DNA of 64,000 nucleotides from an uncultured Candidatus Peribacteria bacterium (GTDB lineage Bacteria; Patescibacteriota; Gracilibacteria; Peribacterales; Peribacteraceae): NCBI GenBank assembly GCA_964562885.1, contig CAZLVC010000003.1, positions 10,427 to 74,426 of the forward strand, read 5' to 3'. Shown piece by piece: positions 55,601 to 64,000 of this stretch (position 1 is its first letter; each line of letters starts with the position of its first letter). The notes under the pieces were generated by a model. It saw only the letters and a program-made list of their open reading frames with translations, ran no database searches and was not told where the DNA came from. The position numbers and the translations under genes were made by a program.

Positions 55601-56415
55601 AGCAAGAAGATGTAGGGAAAAAGGTGACATTAGCAGGTTTAATAGAGCAGGAACGTATTGTTGTAACAAAGAAGGGCGAGAGCATGGCTTTTTTAATGGT
55701 CGAAGATCCTACAGGGAAAATTGAGGTGACGCTTTTCCCTAAGGCGTATGCTCAATACAAAAATTTATTATCATCCCCAGGGAGCCTGTATGTTTTTGGT
55801 GGGACATTGGATAGTAGGATGGGTGTACCGCAGCTGAAGGCTGATGCACTTAAGCGTGTATCAGTTGAAACAATTATTGAGAAGGCAAAAGCAGAGGGAT
55901 TTTACTCTGAAGATGAAGCGAAAAATTGGCGAGGACGAGTTATCGCAAAAGAAGATGATGAAGGCGCTGTAGAGAACGAAGAGGCGCCTCTTGAATCCTT
56001 TCCTGTGATGCCAGATCCTATGCCTGCTCCAGTAGAAACGCAGCCAACATTGGGTCCAGTAAGTCAGTGGATAAAGAATGGAATGGATACTTCACCCATA
56101 TTGAAAGATCTTGGACTTTCGAAAAAGTATTCATTTCCTACTCCCACAGAAAAATCAGGCCTTCATTTGCAAGAATCTATCGTACAAGATCATCAATCTT
56201 CTCCGCTTATATCGGTTCATACCATTACCTTACCCGATCGTGCGCCGAAAGAATTACTACTGGATGTGAAGGAAATTTTTGAGAGATTTCCTGGGAGTGA
56301 AAAAGTAGAACTTATTATTGGGGAGAAGCGAATTGCTGTGCCTCTTACCATCACCATGTCGCCCTTACTAGAGAAACGAGTAGAAGAAGTGAAGCAGAAG
56401 TATGCTGCCCACTAA
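52660..56415 (+). CDS. dnaE: DNA polymerase III alpha subunit
   Basis: PHP domain (FVHLHCHSTYSLLEG), palm (GPGRGSAAGS, PDIDIDF), fingers, HhH and an OB fold over 1251 aa. Confidence 0.95.
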   Translation: MNPSDFVHLHCHSTYSLLEGLPTPEEIVLRAKELGQNAVGLADKGHTYGLIELYKVAKEHSIKPILGLETYVAARTRHDKESSSDTKRYPLVLLAETMEGYQNILELATRAALEGMYYKPRVDAELLKKYGKGLIALTGPISGLIPQAALAEDFERVSKFTKEFREYFGHDHVYFELMELPNVPGQAEVNQQLLRMAKELKVPVVATCNSHYCKREDAEAHDVLLCIQKNASVGDSSRFSMRDSDFSMRSSEEVIADFSHSPEAVENTRIIADRCNVTIEFGKYHIPKFPVIENETEESMLKKQCEEAVQKCYGEKIKKNSDLEKTVRERMEYELTVIKKMGFSGYFLVVADFVQEAKRRGITVGPGRGSAAGSIVSYLLNITTLDPLVEGLLFERFLNPERISMPDIDIDFADTRRDEVLEYVRTKYGNDRVIQICTFGTLAARAAVKDVGRAFGVSFTEMNALAKLISDRPGTTLEEAMATDELAQAIRTNETYRKIVQIAEKLEGKARHVSVHACGVVITPEPAVKYTALQRAPKDENIIITQYDAKPLEALGLVKMDFLGLKNLTIIETTLEIIDRIHQKKINISDIPVEDKKTFELLSRGETTGVFQLESAGMRRYLKQLKPTKIDDITAMVSLYRPGPMDKIPDYIKCKHGQKEVTYLHKDLEPILQPTYGVGIYQEQILEMARVFAGFSLGEADLLRRAIGKKIKKELDAQRQKFIEGTVKRGYEKKLAQTLFDDVITPFANYGFNKSHGACYARIAYETAYLKAHYPTEFMAALLSSEGGDTDRIAIEIEEARAMGLRVLPPDINESLAHFTAIPPDTIRFGLLGIKGVGENSIRQILELREKEGKFVSVEDFARRVPSKLLNKKLLESLAKAGALDTFGERGSFVRQYDRIVDYSKTSGIETISASQTDMFATLSSEQGGSVRIEFETGEEATTSQKLAWEKEALGLYVSSHPLAGLKKYLSKKARLIETLEQEDVGKKVTLAGLIEQERIVVTKKGESMAFLMVEDPTGKIEVTLFPKAYAQYKNLLSSPGSLYVFGGTLDSRMGVPQLKADALKRVSVETIIEKAKAEGFYSEDEAKNWRGRVIAKEDDEGAVENEEAPLESFPVMPDPMPAPVETQPTLGPVSQWIKNGMDTSPILKDLGLSKKYSFPTPTEKSGLHLQESIVQDHQSSPLISVHTITLPDRAPKELLLDVKEIFERFPGSEKVELIIGEKRIAVPLTITMSPLLEKRVEEVKQKYAAH

Positions 56416-56444
56416 CATGCGTTGCTCGTTCTCTTCTTTTCTTT

Positions 56445-57077
56445 ATGCGAATACTCCCTGTAACATCATTGGCAATCGACGAAGCGATAGACATTCTAAG
56501 GCAGGGAGGACTAGTCGTTCATGCTACGGAAACGTGCTATGGACTTACGTGTGATCTTACAAATCCGCATGCTGTACGGAAGCTCTTCGACTGTAAAATT
56601 CGCCCGTATACTCAACCAATTAGTGCTCTCTTTACCTCTGTCGAGCAAGCGAACCAGTACGTAGATTTTTCGGATGAGGCACTTAAACTAGCAAGTCAAC
56701 ATCTCCCTGGTCCACTAACGCTAGTGTTGCCACTTAAACCGGATGCACATCCGACACTTTTTGTGAGTGCCACGCAAGAATCATCTCAAAAAGATAGTAC
56801 CATTGGCGTCCGTATTTCATCTCATCCCCTTGCGCGACAGCTCGTGGAAAAATTTGGTAAACCCATAGCAACAACTTCGGCGAATGTTCATGGGTTGGCT
56901 AATCCGTACAGCGCACAAGAAGTGGAGAAACAATTTTTGAAAAACGAGCATCAGCCGGACCTTATTGTAGATAGTGGCATCATTCCTTTAGTACAACCAT
57001 CAACAGTGGTAGAAGTACGAGATGGAGAAATTATTATTTTGCGCCAAGGGAGTACGAAGATTTCGCTGAATGAGTAA
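56445..57077 (+). CDS. tsaC: L-threonylcarbamoyladenylate synthase (Sua5/YrdC/TsaC family)
   Basis: GGLVVHATETCYGLTCD, ...PGPLTLVL... and TSANVHG motifs of the YrdC domain. Confidence 0.85.
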   Translation: MRILPVTSLAIDEAIDILRQGGLVVHATETCYGLTCDLTNPHAVRKLFDCKIRPYTQPISALFTSVEQANQYVDFSDEALKLASQHLPGPLTLVLPLKPDAHPTLFVSATQESSQKDSTIGVRISSHPLARQLVEKFGKPIATTSANVHGLANPYSAQEVEKQFLKNEHQPDLIVDSGIIPLVQPSTVVEVRDGEIIILRQGSTKISLNE

Positions 57078-57101
57078 ATGTACGTTTTGACGCACGTATT
57101 T

Positions 57102-58844
57102 TTACCCCCCACTTGCCGAACTCGAAGAGTAGATTTTCTCTAAATCGGCATCTTCACCTTTCGCATCCTTCTCTACTTCTTGACAGAAAGGATAAAACTT
57201 TTTTTCTTTTGCTTCAAACTCCCCTCGCTTATCCTCAAAATCTTCCGAACAATTTTCCTTCCAAAAATCCGGGTCATCTGCTTCGACTGAAGGTAAACAG
57301 AAGCATTTATCAACAGCCTTTTCATCAGTGTATTTTTTTGATAAGTACGGAATGCAATAATCGTTAAATGTTCGTTTAGCGATGGTTTTGAGTGTTTTTT
57401 GACAGTGACCATCTACACAGCTTCTGCTTAAAAAATACACAAAATTAGGAAGATACTTCTTAGGCAGAAAGTCTTGTGTCATGAGTGTGTATTGCAGCAT
57501 TGCACTTCGCAATGGCTCTGTCGCTGCAGAGGTAAGCTCTAGTGTGTCACGGCTAAGGAGCTCCATACGTCCTTCAGTGCGACCTTGTGCTCCCTTCTCA
57601 AGAGCTAAGCCACGACTTACCGTATCGTATGTTCCTGCAAGGAAATATGCCTGGTCATCTTCTTCCAATGCTTCGTCGCGAGAGCGCGGTCGTTCGTACC
57701 CCATTTCTTCTTTAAGTGATGCGAATGATGGTAGTAACGTAAATACATCAGGGAATGATGTGAAAGCATTTCCCGTTGAAAGTAAAATGAGCCATGTTGG
57801 GAGCATGGAAGCATTTCCTCTCTTGTATCCCGAGTCTAAAGTGCGTAAAAATCGCTGATAGGTCTTTTCGATATCGTTCGTTGCAGGTTGTGGAAGTAAT
57901 GGATTTTGTTCGAGTGGATGAGGTGGAACTAAGCATCCTGTGACAGCAGCATGCTCCAATGAACGCGTTCGTGTGGCCTCGGGTTCTCTTCCACTAGCCG
58001 TGGGAACTGTCGTGTCCTCATTAATTTTTGCCAAACTTTCTTTTGTCAGTTTAATGGCTTCCGATATTGGTCGAGCAAATTCCTCGATGGCATTAATGAG
58101 GTTCAGCAAGGGTTTACGCTCTTTTTCAAATGATTCAGGTAGGGTAGGAAGAATGGTTTGATCACATCCGTAACTTCGTAAGGCGCTTCCCTCAGGCGCT
58201 TTGCCAATGGGGTCAATTTTTGTGGGAATATACGCAATAAAATGTGGTGAATAGTCGGTTGTGTAAATGCACGAGGGTTGGGTAGAGAGATTGATCGAGT
58301 CTGCTTCCTCGAAAGGTTGAAGTGACTGCAGAAGGCTTCCGCTGGCGCTTGGGTTAAGTCCGTTCTGCAAAAATTGTTGATAACTGATGGCGATAAATTC
58401 TAGAGCCGAGCGCAGGTCTGCTGCTAAAACTTGATCACAATTCTTAGTGGCATTGGTTAACGCGGTATACACCTGTTGAATTTTTTCCAGAAGCAAACGT
58501 CGGTCGGATTCAAAGCAAATGGTCCGCGAATAAAGTAGATCGGCTTCCTGTGTGATATTTTCAATTTCGCTAAAAATCCTACGAGATTCATTGATACTTG
58601 CTTCCACTTCGTGTTGCGTGATTTCATCCACACATGATCCATTTCCTGTTGTAGGAAGGTTCAGTGCAGTATCGACACGTGTAAGCACCGACTGCACCCA
58701 AGGCGATAATGCTGCAGCCTCTAACGGTAGAGGCACACTTAACATCAACATACCGAACAAGGGCAGGACAATAAGGTGACCTTGAATTCTAGGCATCAGA
58801 ATGACTTTTCGTAGACCCAATGATTGTAGCAGGTGAAGCATCAT
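57102..58844 (-). CDS. Orphan operon gene E: secreted Cys-containing protein (580 aa), unknown function
   Basis: The ATG at 58844 overlaps the upstream stop (TAATG). Signal-like HLIVLPLFGMLMLSVPLPLEAAA. About 15 Cys, including CVDGHC and a Cys-rich tail. No known motif. The ORF track's 58889 start would overlap gene D by 46 nt. Confidence 0.65.
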   Translation of the reverse strand: MMLHLLQSLGLRKVILMPRIQGHLIVLPLFGMLMLSVPLPLEAAALSPWVQSVLTRVDTALNLPTTGNGSCVDEITQHEVEASINESRRIFSEIENITQEADLLYSRTICFESDRRLLLEKIQQVYTALTNATKNCDQVLAADLRSALEFIAISYQQFLQNGLNPSASGSLLQSLQPFEEADSINLSTQPSCIYTTDYSPHFIAYIPTKIDPIGKAPEGSALRSYGCDQTILPTLPESFEKERKPLLNLINAIEEFARPISEAIKLTKESLAKINEDTTVPTASGREPEATRTRSLEHAAVTGCLVPPHPLEQNPLLPQPATNDIEKTYQRFLRTLDSGYKRGNASMLPTWLILLSTGNAFTSFPDVFTLLPSFASLKEEMGYERPRSRDEALEEDDQAYFLAGTYDTVSRGLALEKGAQGRTEGRMELLSRDTLELTSAATEPLRSAMLQYTLMTQDFLPKKYLPNFVYFLSRSCVDGHCQKTLKTIAKRTFNDYCIPYLSKKYTDEKAVDKCFCLPSVEADDPDFWKENCSEDFEDKRGEFEAKEKKFYPFCQEVEKDAKGEDADLEKIYSSSSASGG

Positions 58845-60682
58845 TATTTCGTTGGATCTTTTTCGGGTGGTGGGCCAGTCCATGGGCAAGCACTTAAAGG
58901 AAGCGGGGCTTTTTTTAAACTCATGACGAGCGAAGAAATTTGGTCGACAACTCCTGCGAGCGCACCAAAGACTTTGCGATGAACTTCGACTGTTTGTTGT
59001 AACGATGCTCGCAGGCCAAAGACCATAGCGAGGTCTAATACATCTTGCTGAGAAAATGCGCCCTGATATGTTTCACCAAGAATTTTTGTTCCCTGCTCCA
59101 AGCTTGTGGCCATCGGTTTTCGAGCAATTGCATCATCGTGAAATGTGCAAAGACCAAGGACTGCCCGGGGACCAGAACCTTCTGCAAGGCAGTACTTTCG
59201 TTCGAAGTCGGCAATAAGCTCTGGACCAATGTAGGGTGGTATTGGGTACAGCGAGGCAGAGGGAATTTCGCTGTAATGACCTAGTTCTGGGTCGGGCCGT
59301 AGGCAAGCTAAAAACGGGGATGTCATTTCGTTTCCGACGACAGGATTACGGTTAGGGATGAGTGTATGACCACTCATCGATTGCGCAACGCAAAAGCTGA
59401 TATAACATGCATGAGACGCAATATCATCGGCATATAAAATCATTCGTTCAGGCGTGCACATTTTTGCCCGATCTGCTTTTGTTAAATTTGGATTTATGGT
59501 TCCTGGGTGGGCGGGGTCCTCAAACGGGATGCCCGCATCGGTAAAGAATTGATTCATCCCCTTACATAGCTCAGGACCGAGTGGATGGTCTTTTCCTGTT
59601 TTATCTTCTGGCTTACTACATTCAATAAGCGATATTTTTGTAGGATCTTTCGGATCTTTGCACAGTCGTGTTGTGCTTTTGTTTGAATGGCATAAGTATC
59701 CAAGACGACCGATGGTTTTACTACAGATGGGCGAGAGCGTGTTACTTGCAGCATTTGTTCCTTTATAGGAAAAAGGATACGAAAGATTATTTCCATCTAC
59801 AACGAGCGAGGGATAGTCAGCAGATGCTCTTTCGATAATGGGATAGCTAAAATGAATGGGGTAGATAAAATGAATTCCAATATCGTTTTTTGTTGCCCAG
59901 AGTGCAACGTTTGGAACTTTTATTGCAGGAGTAATAAAATCCCCTACCATCTTTTCGTCTCCGGTAATGGAAAGTTTATCGGCGATTTTTTTTAATTTTT
60001 CACCAACGTCGTTGCCAATATCTGTAAGCCTTGGATCATCTTCGCGTTTACTTCTAAAGTAACCATGATGGTATTTATACACTGTTCGAACGAGATCTTT
60101 TTCAGCTTTCAGTGCTTCTTCTAATTCTTTTAACAGATCATCGTTTTCCGTATTCCAAGGAATTGTAGACGTACCTGAGCCAGACCAAATACGTCGCAGT
60201 GTGACTGCCACTACTGACATATTCACTGGTCGATGAGGCTCGTCGGCAATAGCAGCTTCGGATCCAGTTGTCAGAATCGTGAGCTCGGTTCCGAATTCAA
60301 GCATCTGCTGCTCGCGAAAGATAAATTCGCGTATTGCTTCAGCGATATCATTACACGAAAGGATGTTAGGTAAAATATCGTTATCATCCTTATCTTTCAG
60401 TACAAAATCGCTTTCATCATTAGTCTTGCAAAGCGTACCTTCAATAGCAGCACGAATGTGGTCATCGGTTAACTTTAGCCCATGCTCTCGCCAATCTTTA
60501 AATTCTTCTTTTATATAGTTCATAAAATCTCCAAGGGGTCTTACCTGTCCTGCGCCAAGAGTTGCACCAGTAAAAATGCTTTTAAAGAGGGAAAATTTTT
60601 CTGTTTCTTGCGCGGTACTCACTCCGGGCAGAAGCGACCATATGATGATGGAGCCTATGAGAGAAAGTAAGGTGCGATTCAT
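58844..60682 (-). CDS. Orphan operon gene D: secreted Cys-rich protein (612 aa), unknown function
   Basis: Signal peptide MNRTLLSLIGSIIIWSLLPGVSTA|QE and about 17 Cys. The start overlaps the gene C stop (ATGA). No known motif. Confidence 0.7.
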   Translation of the reverse strand: MNRTLLSLIGSIIIWSLLPGVSTAQETEKFSLFKSIFTGATLGAGQVRPLGDFMNYIKEEFKDWREHGLKLTDDHIRAAIEGTLCKTNDESDFVLKDKDDNDILPNILSCNDIAEAIREFIFREQQMLEFGTELTILTTGSEAAIADEPHRPVNMSVVAVTLRRIWSGSGTSTIPWNTENDDLLKELEEALKAEKDLVRTVYKYHHGYFRSKREDDPRLTDIGNDVGEKLKKIADKLSITGDEKMVGDFITPAIKVPNVALWATKNDIGIHFIYPIHFSYPIIERASADYPSLVVDGNNLSYPFSYKGTNAASNTLSPICSKTIGRLGYLCHSNKSTTRLCKDPKDPTKISLIECSKPEDKTGKDHPLGPELCKGMNQFFTDAGIPFEDPAHPGTINPNLTKADRAKMCTPERMILYADDIASHACYISFCVAQSMSGHTLIPNRNPVVGNEMTSPFLACLRPDPELGHYSEIPSASLYPIPPYIGPELIADFERKYCLAEGSGPRAVLGLCTFHDDAIARKPMATSLEQGTKILGETYQGAFSQQDVLDLAMVFGLRASLQQTVEVHRKVFGALAGVVDQISSLVMSLKKAPLPLSACPWTGPPPEKDPTK

Positions 60683-61662
60683 TGATCAATAAAGCGATCG
60701 TGTAAAGAAGTGAGGGCATCCCAAATTTTAGGCATACAACTCGTGGCATCGGCAAGGAGCGATAAAAGATTTTTAAAATCGAGCGAGGCGCGCATGTAGC
60801 AACGTAAATCACGTGCGTCGGCGTAGTGAATCTCCGCGGATCTTAATGCTAATAAAGTACGTTCTATGGCGATGAGCGCCCTTCTTTTTTCCATAGCTAT
60901 GCGTTGGTGTATTTGCTCTGCACGTGTTGTAATGTCGCCGTACGAAGGTGTCGTTGTACACGCATTACTACACTGAGGGTCGTCGGAGGTAGGAACTTCT
61001 GCATAGCACTCGTCTGAGTTATTGGCGATTGCACATCCATTATCTGTACAGCAGTACGAGGAATTTTTTGGCGCATCGACATTGTTTATTATTGCACGCG
61101 AACGATCTTCATCTATTTCGTTTAACGTACATTCATAGGTTCGTTGTAACTCCATGAGTATTGAGCTAAACGTTTCAAACGTAACAGGTCGTAGTACATA
61201 TTCCTGATCGTGGAGCGGGTCAGAAGGATTATACTCAGGATCTTTGTAGTTAAAGTGCCAACCGGGTAGACGCTTTGCAAGCGCCTGCAATTTTTCTGTT
61301 GAGGTATTATCTTCCATGAGGCCAGTCATTGGACAGGACCATTGGGATGGCGTGGAAAGATATTGTTCTCTTTCATCCACAACTGCTGAAGCTTCTTTTT
61401 CAAAAATATCGATGATCTTCTCTAGATTTTTCTCATCTTCAAATGGAGTTCCTTTGGACGTACAGGCTCTTCCCTCTTCGGGGGTTGGTTGATTATCAGC
61501 TTCTTCAGTTGACGAATCATCACCTGAAAGTAATTCTCCACGTAAAAAGTTCCCTGTGATACCTGCTGCAGTGAGCAGAAGTAAAACTCCAAGAAGTGCA
61601 CGATATTTTTTTGATGCATCTTGGAGAGATTGCAGCCAATGAGAAAGAGAAGATAAAGACAT
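60679..61662 (-). CDS. Orphan operon gene C: N-terminally TM-anchored Cys-rich protein (327 aa), unknown function
   Basis: TM ALLGVLLLLTAAGITGNFL, acidic linker and Cys cluster SYCCTDNGCAIANNSDECYAEVPTSDDPQCSNAC. It starts 3 nt after the gene B stop. Confidence 0.65.
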   Translation of the reverse strand: MSLSSLSHWLQSLQDASKKYRALLGVLLLLTAAGITGNFLRGELLSGDDSSTEEADNQPTPEEGRACTSKGTPFEDEKNLEKIIDIFEKEASAVVDEREQYLSTPSQWSCPMTGLMEDNTSTEKLQALAKRLPGWHFNYKDPEYNPSDPLHDQEYVLRPVTFETFSSILMELQRTYECTLNEIDEDRSRAIINNVDAPKNSSYCCTDNGCAIANNSDECYAEVPTSDDPQCSNACTTTPSYGDITTRAEQIHQRIAMEKRRALIAIERTLLALRSAEIHYADARDLRCYMRASLDFKNLLSLLADATSCMPKIWDALTSLHDRFIDQ

Positions 61663-61665
61663 GAG

Positions 61666-62415
61666 CTATTGCTTAATATTCGTAGTATTCGGCATATCGC
61701 ACTGACCAATAAAGCATGGGATTTGATGGAGTTTTCCTAACATTTGCACCATGTCCCGCAGAGGTCGTATGGCACGATTTTCCAGGTCTTGTAGCATCCA
61801 ATCCATCATTCCAGCAAACTGAAGCATGGACCTATACCCTGCATCGTATGCCATGGCAAGTTTCAGAATATTTTTTTCAGCATCGATATTTTTTTGAATC
61901 ATCTCGTTACATTCTTGTACAAGTGTACGAATAGTATGAGGCATAGCACTAGGCGGAGAATCTGAAGATGCACTAGTGGCATCGGTAGGCGCTGCTAGGC
62001 ATTCGACATAGCGGGGCTTTACTTCCTCCGCACAACCAGGGAGTCGAATGGTGACATCTTCATCCTTCTTTTGTAGTGATAGTTGCAGTACTTCGCAGAT
62101 GCTCAGACTCTTACAAGTGAATGTCCGGAAAGATTGTACGATAGGTTCGGTAAGTTCCGAGCTCAGTCGCTCCTTTGTTTCAAATATTCCTTTTCGCTCT
62201 TCTGTTGCGGTGCCACCAGTTAGGACACTAAAGCCATCTAACGGTTCGCTGGTATTTTTCCTGCTTCCAAAAATGTAACTTCGGGCTTCGTCGCGAATAG
62301 TAACAAATTCAGTCGCTGCCCTATTAAGGCAGGCATTGGCATCTACCTCCTCTGCATCAACGAAGGGGATAGAGATGATGATGCCAAGGAGTGTGAAGGC
62401 AAAGAGGAGACGCAT
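61666..62415 (-). CDS. Orphan operon gene B: secreted Cys-containing protein (249 aa), unknown function
   Basis: Signal peptide MRLLFAFTLLGIIISIPFVDA|EE and 9 Cys, including a terminal CFIGQC. It starts 1 nt after the gene A stop. Confidence 0.65.
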   Translation of the reverse strand: MRLLFAFTLLGIIISIPFVDAEEVDANACLNRAATEFVTIRDEARSYIFGSRKNTSEPLDGFSVLTGGTATEERKGIFETKERLSSELTEPIVQSFRTFTCKSLSICEVLQLSLQKKDEDVTIRLPGCAEEVKPRYVECLAAPTDATSASSDSPPSAMPHTIRTLVQECNEMIQKNIDAEKNILKLAMAYDAGYRSMLQFAGMMDWMLQDLENRAIRPLRDMVQMLGKLHQIPCFIGQCDMPNTTNIKQ

Positions 62416-62416
62416 A

Positions 62417-64000
62417 TTATTTTGTCGGTGCGATGAGCTGAATACTTACAGGAAGTGCAAGAGGAAGAAATAGACGCCTAAGATCATCTTTTGTCATAGG
62501 ATTGTATGGATTTTTTTGATTATCAGATTCGGGTAGTGTAGCTGCCTTGAGAGCTTTTTGAAGAGGATCAATATCAATATTCATTGTAGGAACATACCAC
62601 TGCCACGATTGTACCGACGTATGCTCTGGTGCGAGGAAGTAACAGACAATATTTTCGTGACATTTTTTTGTACCAGACTTAAATCCTTCTTTTTCCAATC
62701 GTACCACTCTTCCACCTAGATCTTCCGTCAGTTCCGGCAACCAACGTGAAAACAGACGAGCAATACGCTCGCGTAGGTCATACTCAACATGAACGATAGT
62801 GGCTTTATTCCCCTTCTCATCTTTGGTGTCGTCATGGTTGCGATTTTCAGGCCTACTATCATATTTTTCGTTCGTCGAATCTGGCGTGATGAGGATGCTA
62901 TCGATAAATCCACAGTATTTCGCTTTCATTCCATCGGCAATTTTTTGGTATTCCTGAAGAAGAGGCATGACGCCATCGACCTTGGGGAGGGTTGGAACAG
63001 TCAGTGTAGAAGGAGGCGGAAGGTCAACTTCAGGTGATTTAAAAGAATCGAATATGGTTGAACCAGGTAGTTCTGGCAAGAGTGCAAGATCCTCCGCTGC
63101 GACTGGCGCACCTCCTACAAGTGGTGGCGGAGGAAGCTCCACAGGTACGGCAATAGGCCAAAGGACCGGGAGCAGAGTACCAGTTTGCGAAAAAGTCATT
63201 GACGAAAAATCATAGCTTTGGTCCATGGGCTGATCATAGTTCAGCGATACTAGGCTTGTGGGGGTAAAAAGCATATTTCGAGAATCACCTTCTTTTGCAT
63301 CGCCCCACCAGGGGTCTAGTAGTGAATATACCGGCACCGAGTACCGTTGATTACTGCACCAACGAAGCTGACATTGATCGGCTTCCAACAAAGTTTTTTG
63401 TATTGTTCGCCACGTATTTTGTATCATTTGTCGTTCTTCAGAGCTCTTACGAGCATCAACTACAAATTCTGCATTCTTTTTATACCAATCTGCAATAAAA
63501 TTTCGTATTTTTTTCTCTGGTTCCAATAATTTTTCTAGTTGCACCGCAAGTGTGCCACGAAGGTCGCGTACTGCACGTACTCGATCGCGGTACCCACGCA
63601 AGACAGATAGCACACCGTCAGCCTTTGTGGCTTGCGAAGGTCGACCATCGGTTTTAGATGCGTCTTCGGCGATTTTCCATTGTTCCCATTCAAAAATACG
63701 TGCACTAATATCTGCTTCAGATGCGAGGGGTACAATGAGAGGAATACGAACCTCTTCTACTGGAGCAATGAATTTCCGATGAAGGGAAAGGAGAAGCGCA
63801 GTGATATCATCTAACCCTGCACGGAGCGTGACTTCTACTAACCCATCCGATTTTGCAGTAATACCACTTGTATATTGAAAAAGAGGATCATCATCTGCTA
63901 GACCCACAAAAAATCTTGAGGGCATCAGTAATTTTATCCGTGGTACAGCAATAATTTTTTGGAGCTCGCGTTCTTGCTCTTCCCAAAATTTAGCAAGTGC
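62417..64000 (-). CDS. Orphan operon gene A (partial, open at the window edge): Pro-rich protein of at least 527 aa, unknown function
   Basis: The frame stays open from 63925 to 64000 (…ALAKFWEEQERELQKIIAVPRIKLL-MPSRFF…), so the true start is probably beyond the window. Pro-rich segment VELPPPPLVGGAPVAAEDLALLPELPG...VDLPPPSTLTVPTLP. Confidence 0.65.
   Translation of the reverse strand, partial: ALAKFWEEQERELQKIIAVPRIKLLMPSRFFVGLADDDPLFQYTSGITAKSDGLVEVTLRAGLDDITALLLSLHRKFIAPVEEVRIPLIVPLASEADISARIFEWEQWKIAEDASKTDGRPSQATKADGVLSVLRGYRDRVRAVRDLRGTLAVQLEKLLEPEKKIRNFIADWYKKNAEFVVDARKSSEERQMIQNTWRTIQKTLLEADQCQLRWCSNQRYSVPVYSLLDPWWGDAKEGDSRNMLFTPTSLVSLNYDQPMDQSYDFSSMTFSQTGTLLPVLWPIAVPVELPPPPLVGGAPVAAEDLALLPELPGSTIFDSFKSPEVDLPPPSTLTVPTLPKVDGVMPLLQEYQKIADGMKAKYCGFIDSILITPDSTNEKYDSRPENRNHDDTKDEKGNKATIVHVEYDLRERIARLFSRWLPELTEDLGGRVVRLEKEGFKSGTKKCHENIVCYFLAPEHTSVQSWQWYVPTMNIDIDPLQKALKAATLPESDNQKNPYNPMTKDDLRRLFLPLALPVSIQLIAPTK

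Noticed and set aside
57079-57103. Bidirectional terminator between the convergent tsaC and operon gene E.
   Set aside because: There is only a 4-5-bp stem (TACG/CGTA) with a 10-nt loop, and the T-run overlaps the gene E stop codon. It is too weak to call.
1-64000. Alternative genetic code (UGA recoded, as in some candidate phyla).
   Set aside because: Long conserved genes (secA, dnaE, mfd, aspS) are intact under the standard code. TGA terminates at least one gene at a sensible position (gene C, in the ATGA overlap at 60679-60682).

Overview
Densely coded 64-kb bacterial chromosomal window with moderate-to-low GC by eye. The standard genetic code fits: TGA, TAA and TAG all act as stops and no recoding is needed. 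Recognisable core genes are sufC, a 2Fe-2S ferredoxin, nusA, tsaB, secA, holB, a DnaQ-exonuclease/DinG-like fusion, pyrC, pyrB, nrdR, aspS, lspA, murA, mfd, dnaN, recR, smpB, dnaE and tsaC, plus tRNA-Leu(UAG) and tRNA-Arg(CCU). Envelope and surface genes are prominent. They include a GT2 glycosyltransferase, a polyprenyl-phosphate sugar transferase, a Wzx-like flippase, a GlmU/RmlA-like nucleotidyltransferase, a 2440-aa modular SLH-anchored surface protein, a second SLH protein, an LPXTG-anchored FN3 protein and a ComEC-type MBL domain protein. The envelope looks Gram-positive-like. The gene content and the many orphan genes suggest an uncultivated small-genome lineage, possibly CPR/Patescibacteria-like; this is inference only. 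The best candidate for something undescribed is the minus-strand block 57102..>64000. It holds at least five tightly abutting or overlapping genes (TAATG and ATGA junctions; 1-3 nt gaps) for signal-peptide or TM-anchored, Cys-containing proteins in which I recognise no domain. Four of them appear by eye to share a C-terminal module. The block runs off the window edge. Other notable points: a probable oriC (DnaA-box cluster plus AT-rich tract) upstream of dnaN with no adjacent dnaA; an intact tRNA-Leu flanked by fragments of itself; a short TAGGTTNTAGAT-containing repeat family, in the same orientation just upstream of murA and the comEC-like gene and in inverted orientation on either side of lspA; a DinG-like protein with degenerate helicase motifs; and several orphan genes. 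No CRISPR array, rRNA, transposase or integrase was seen. All calls come from reading the sequence and ORF translations by eye. No searches were run.
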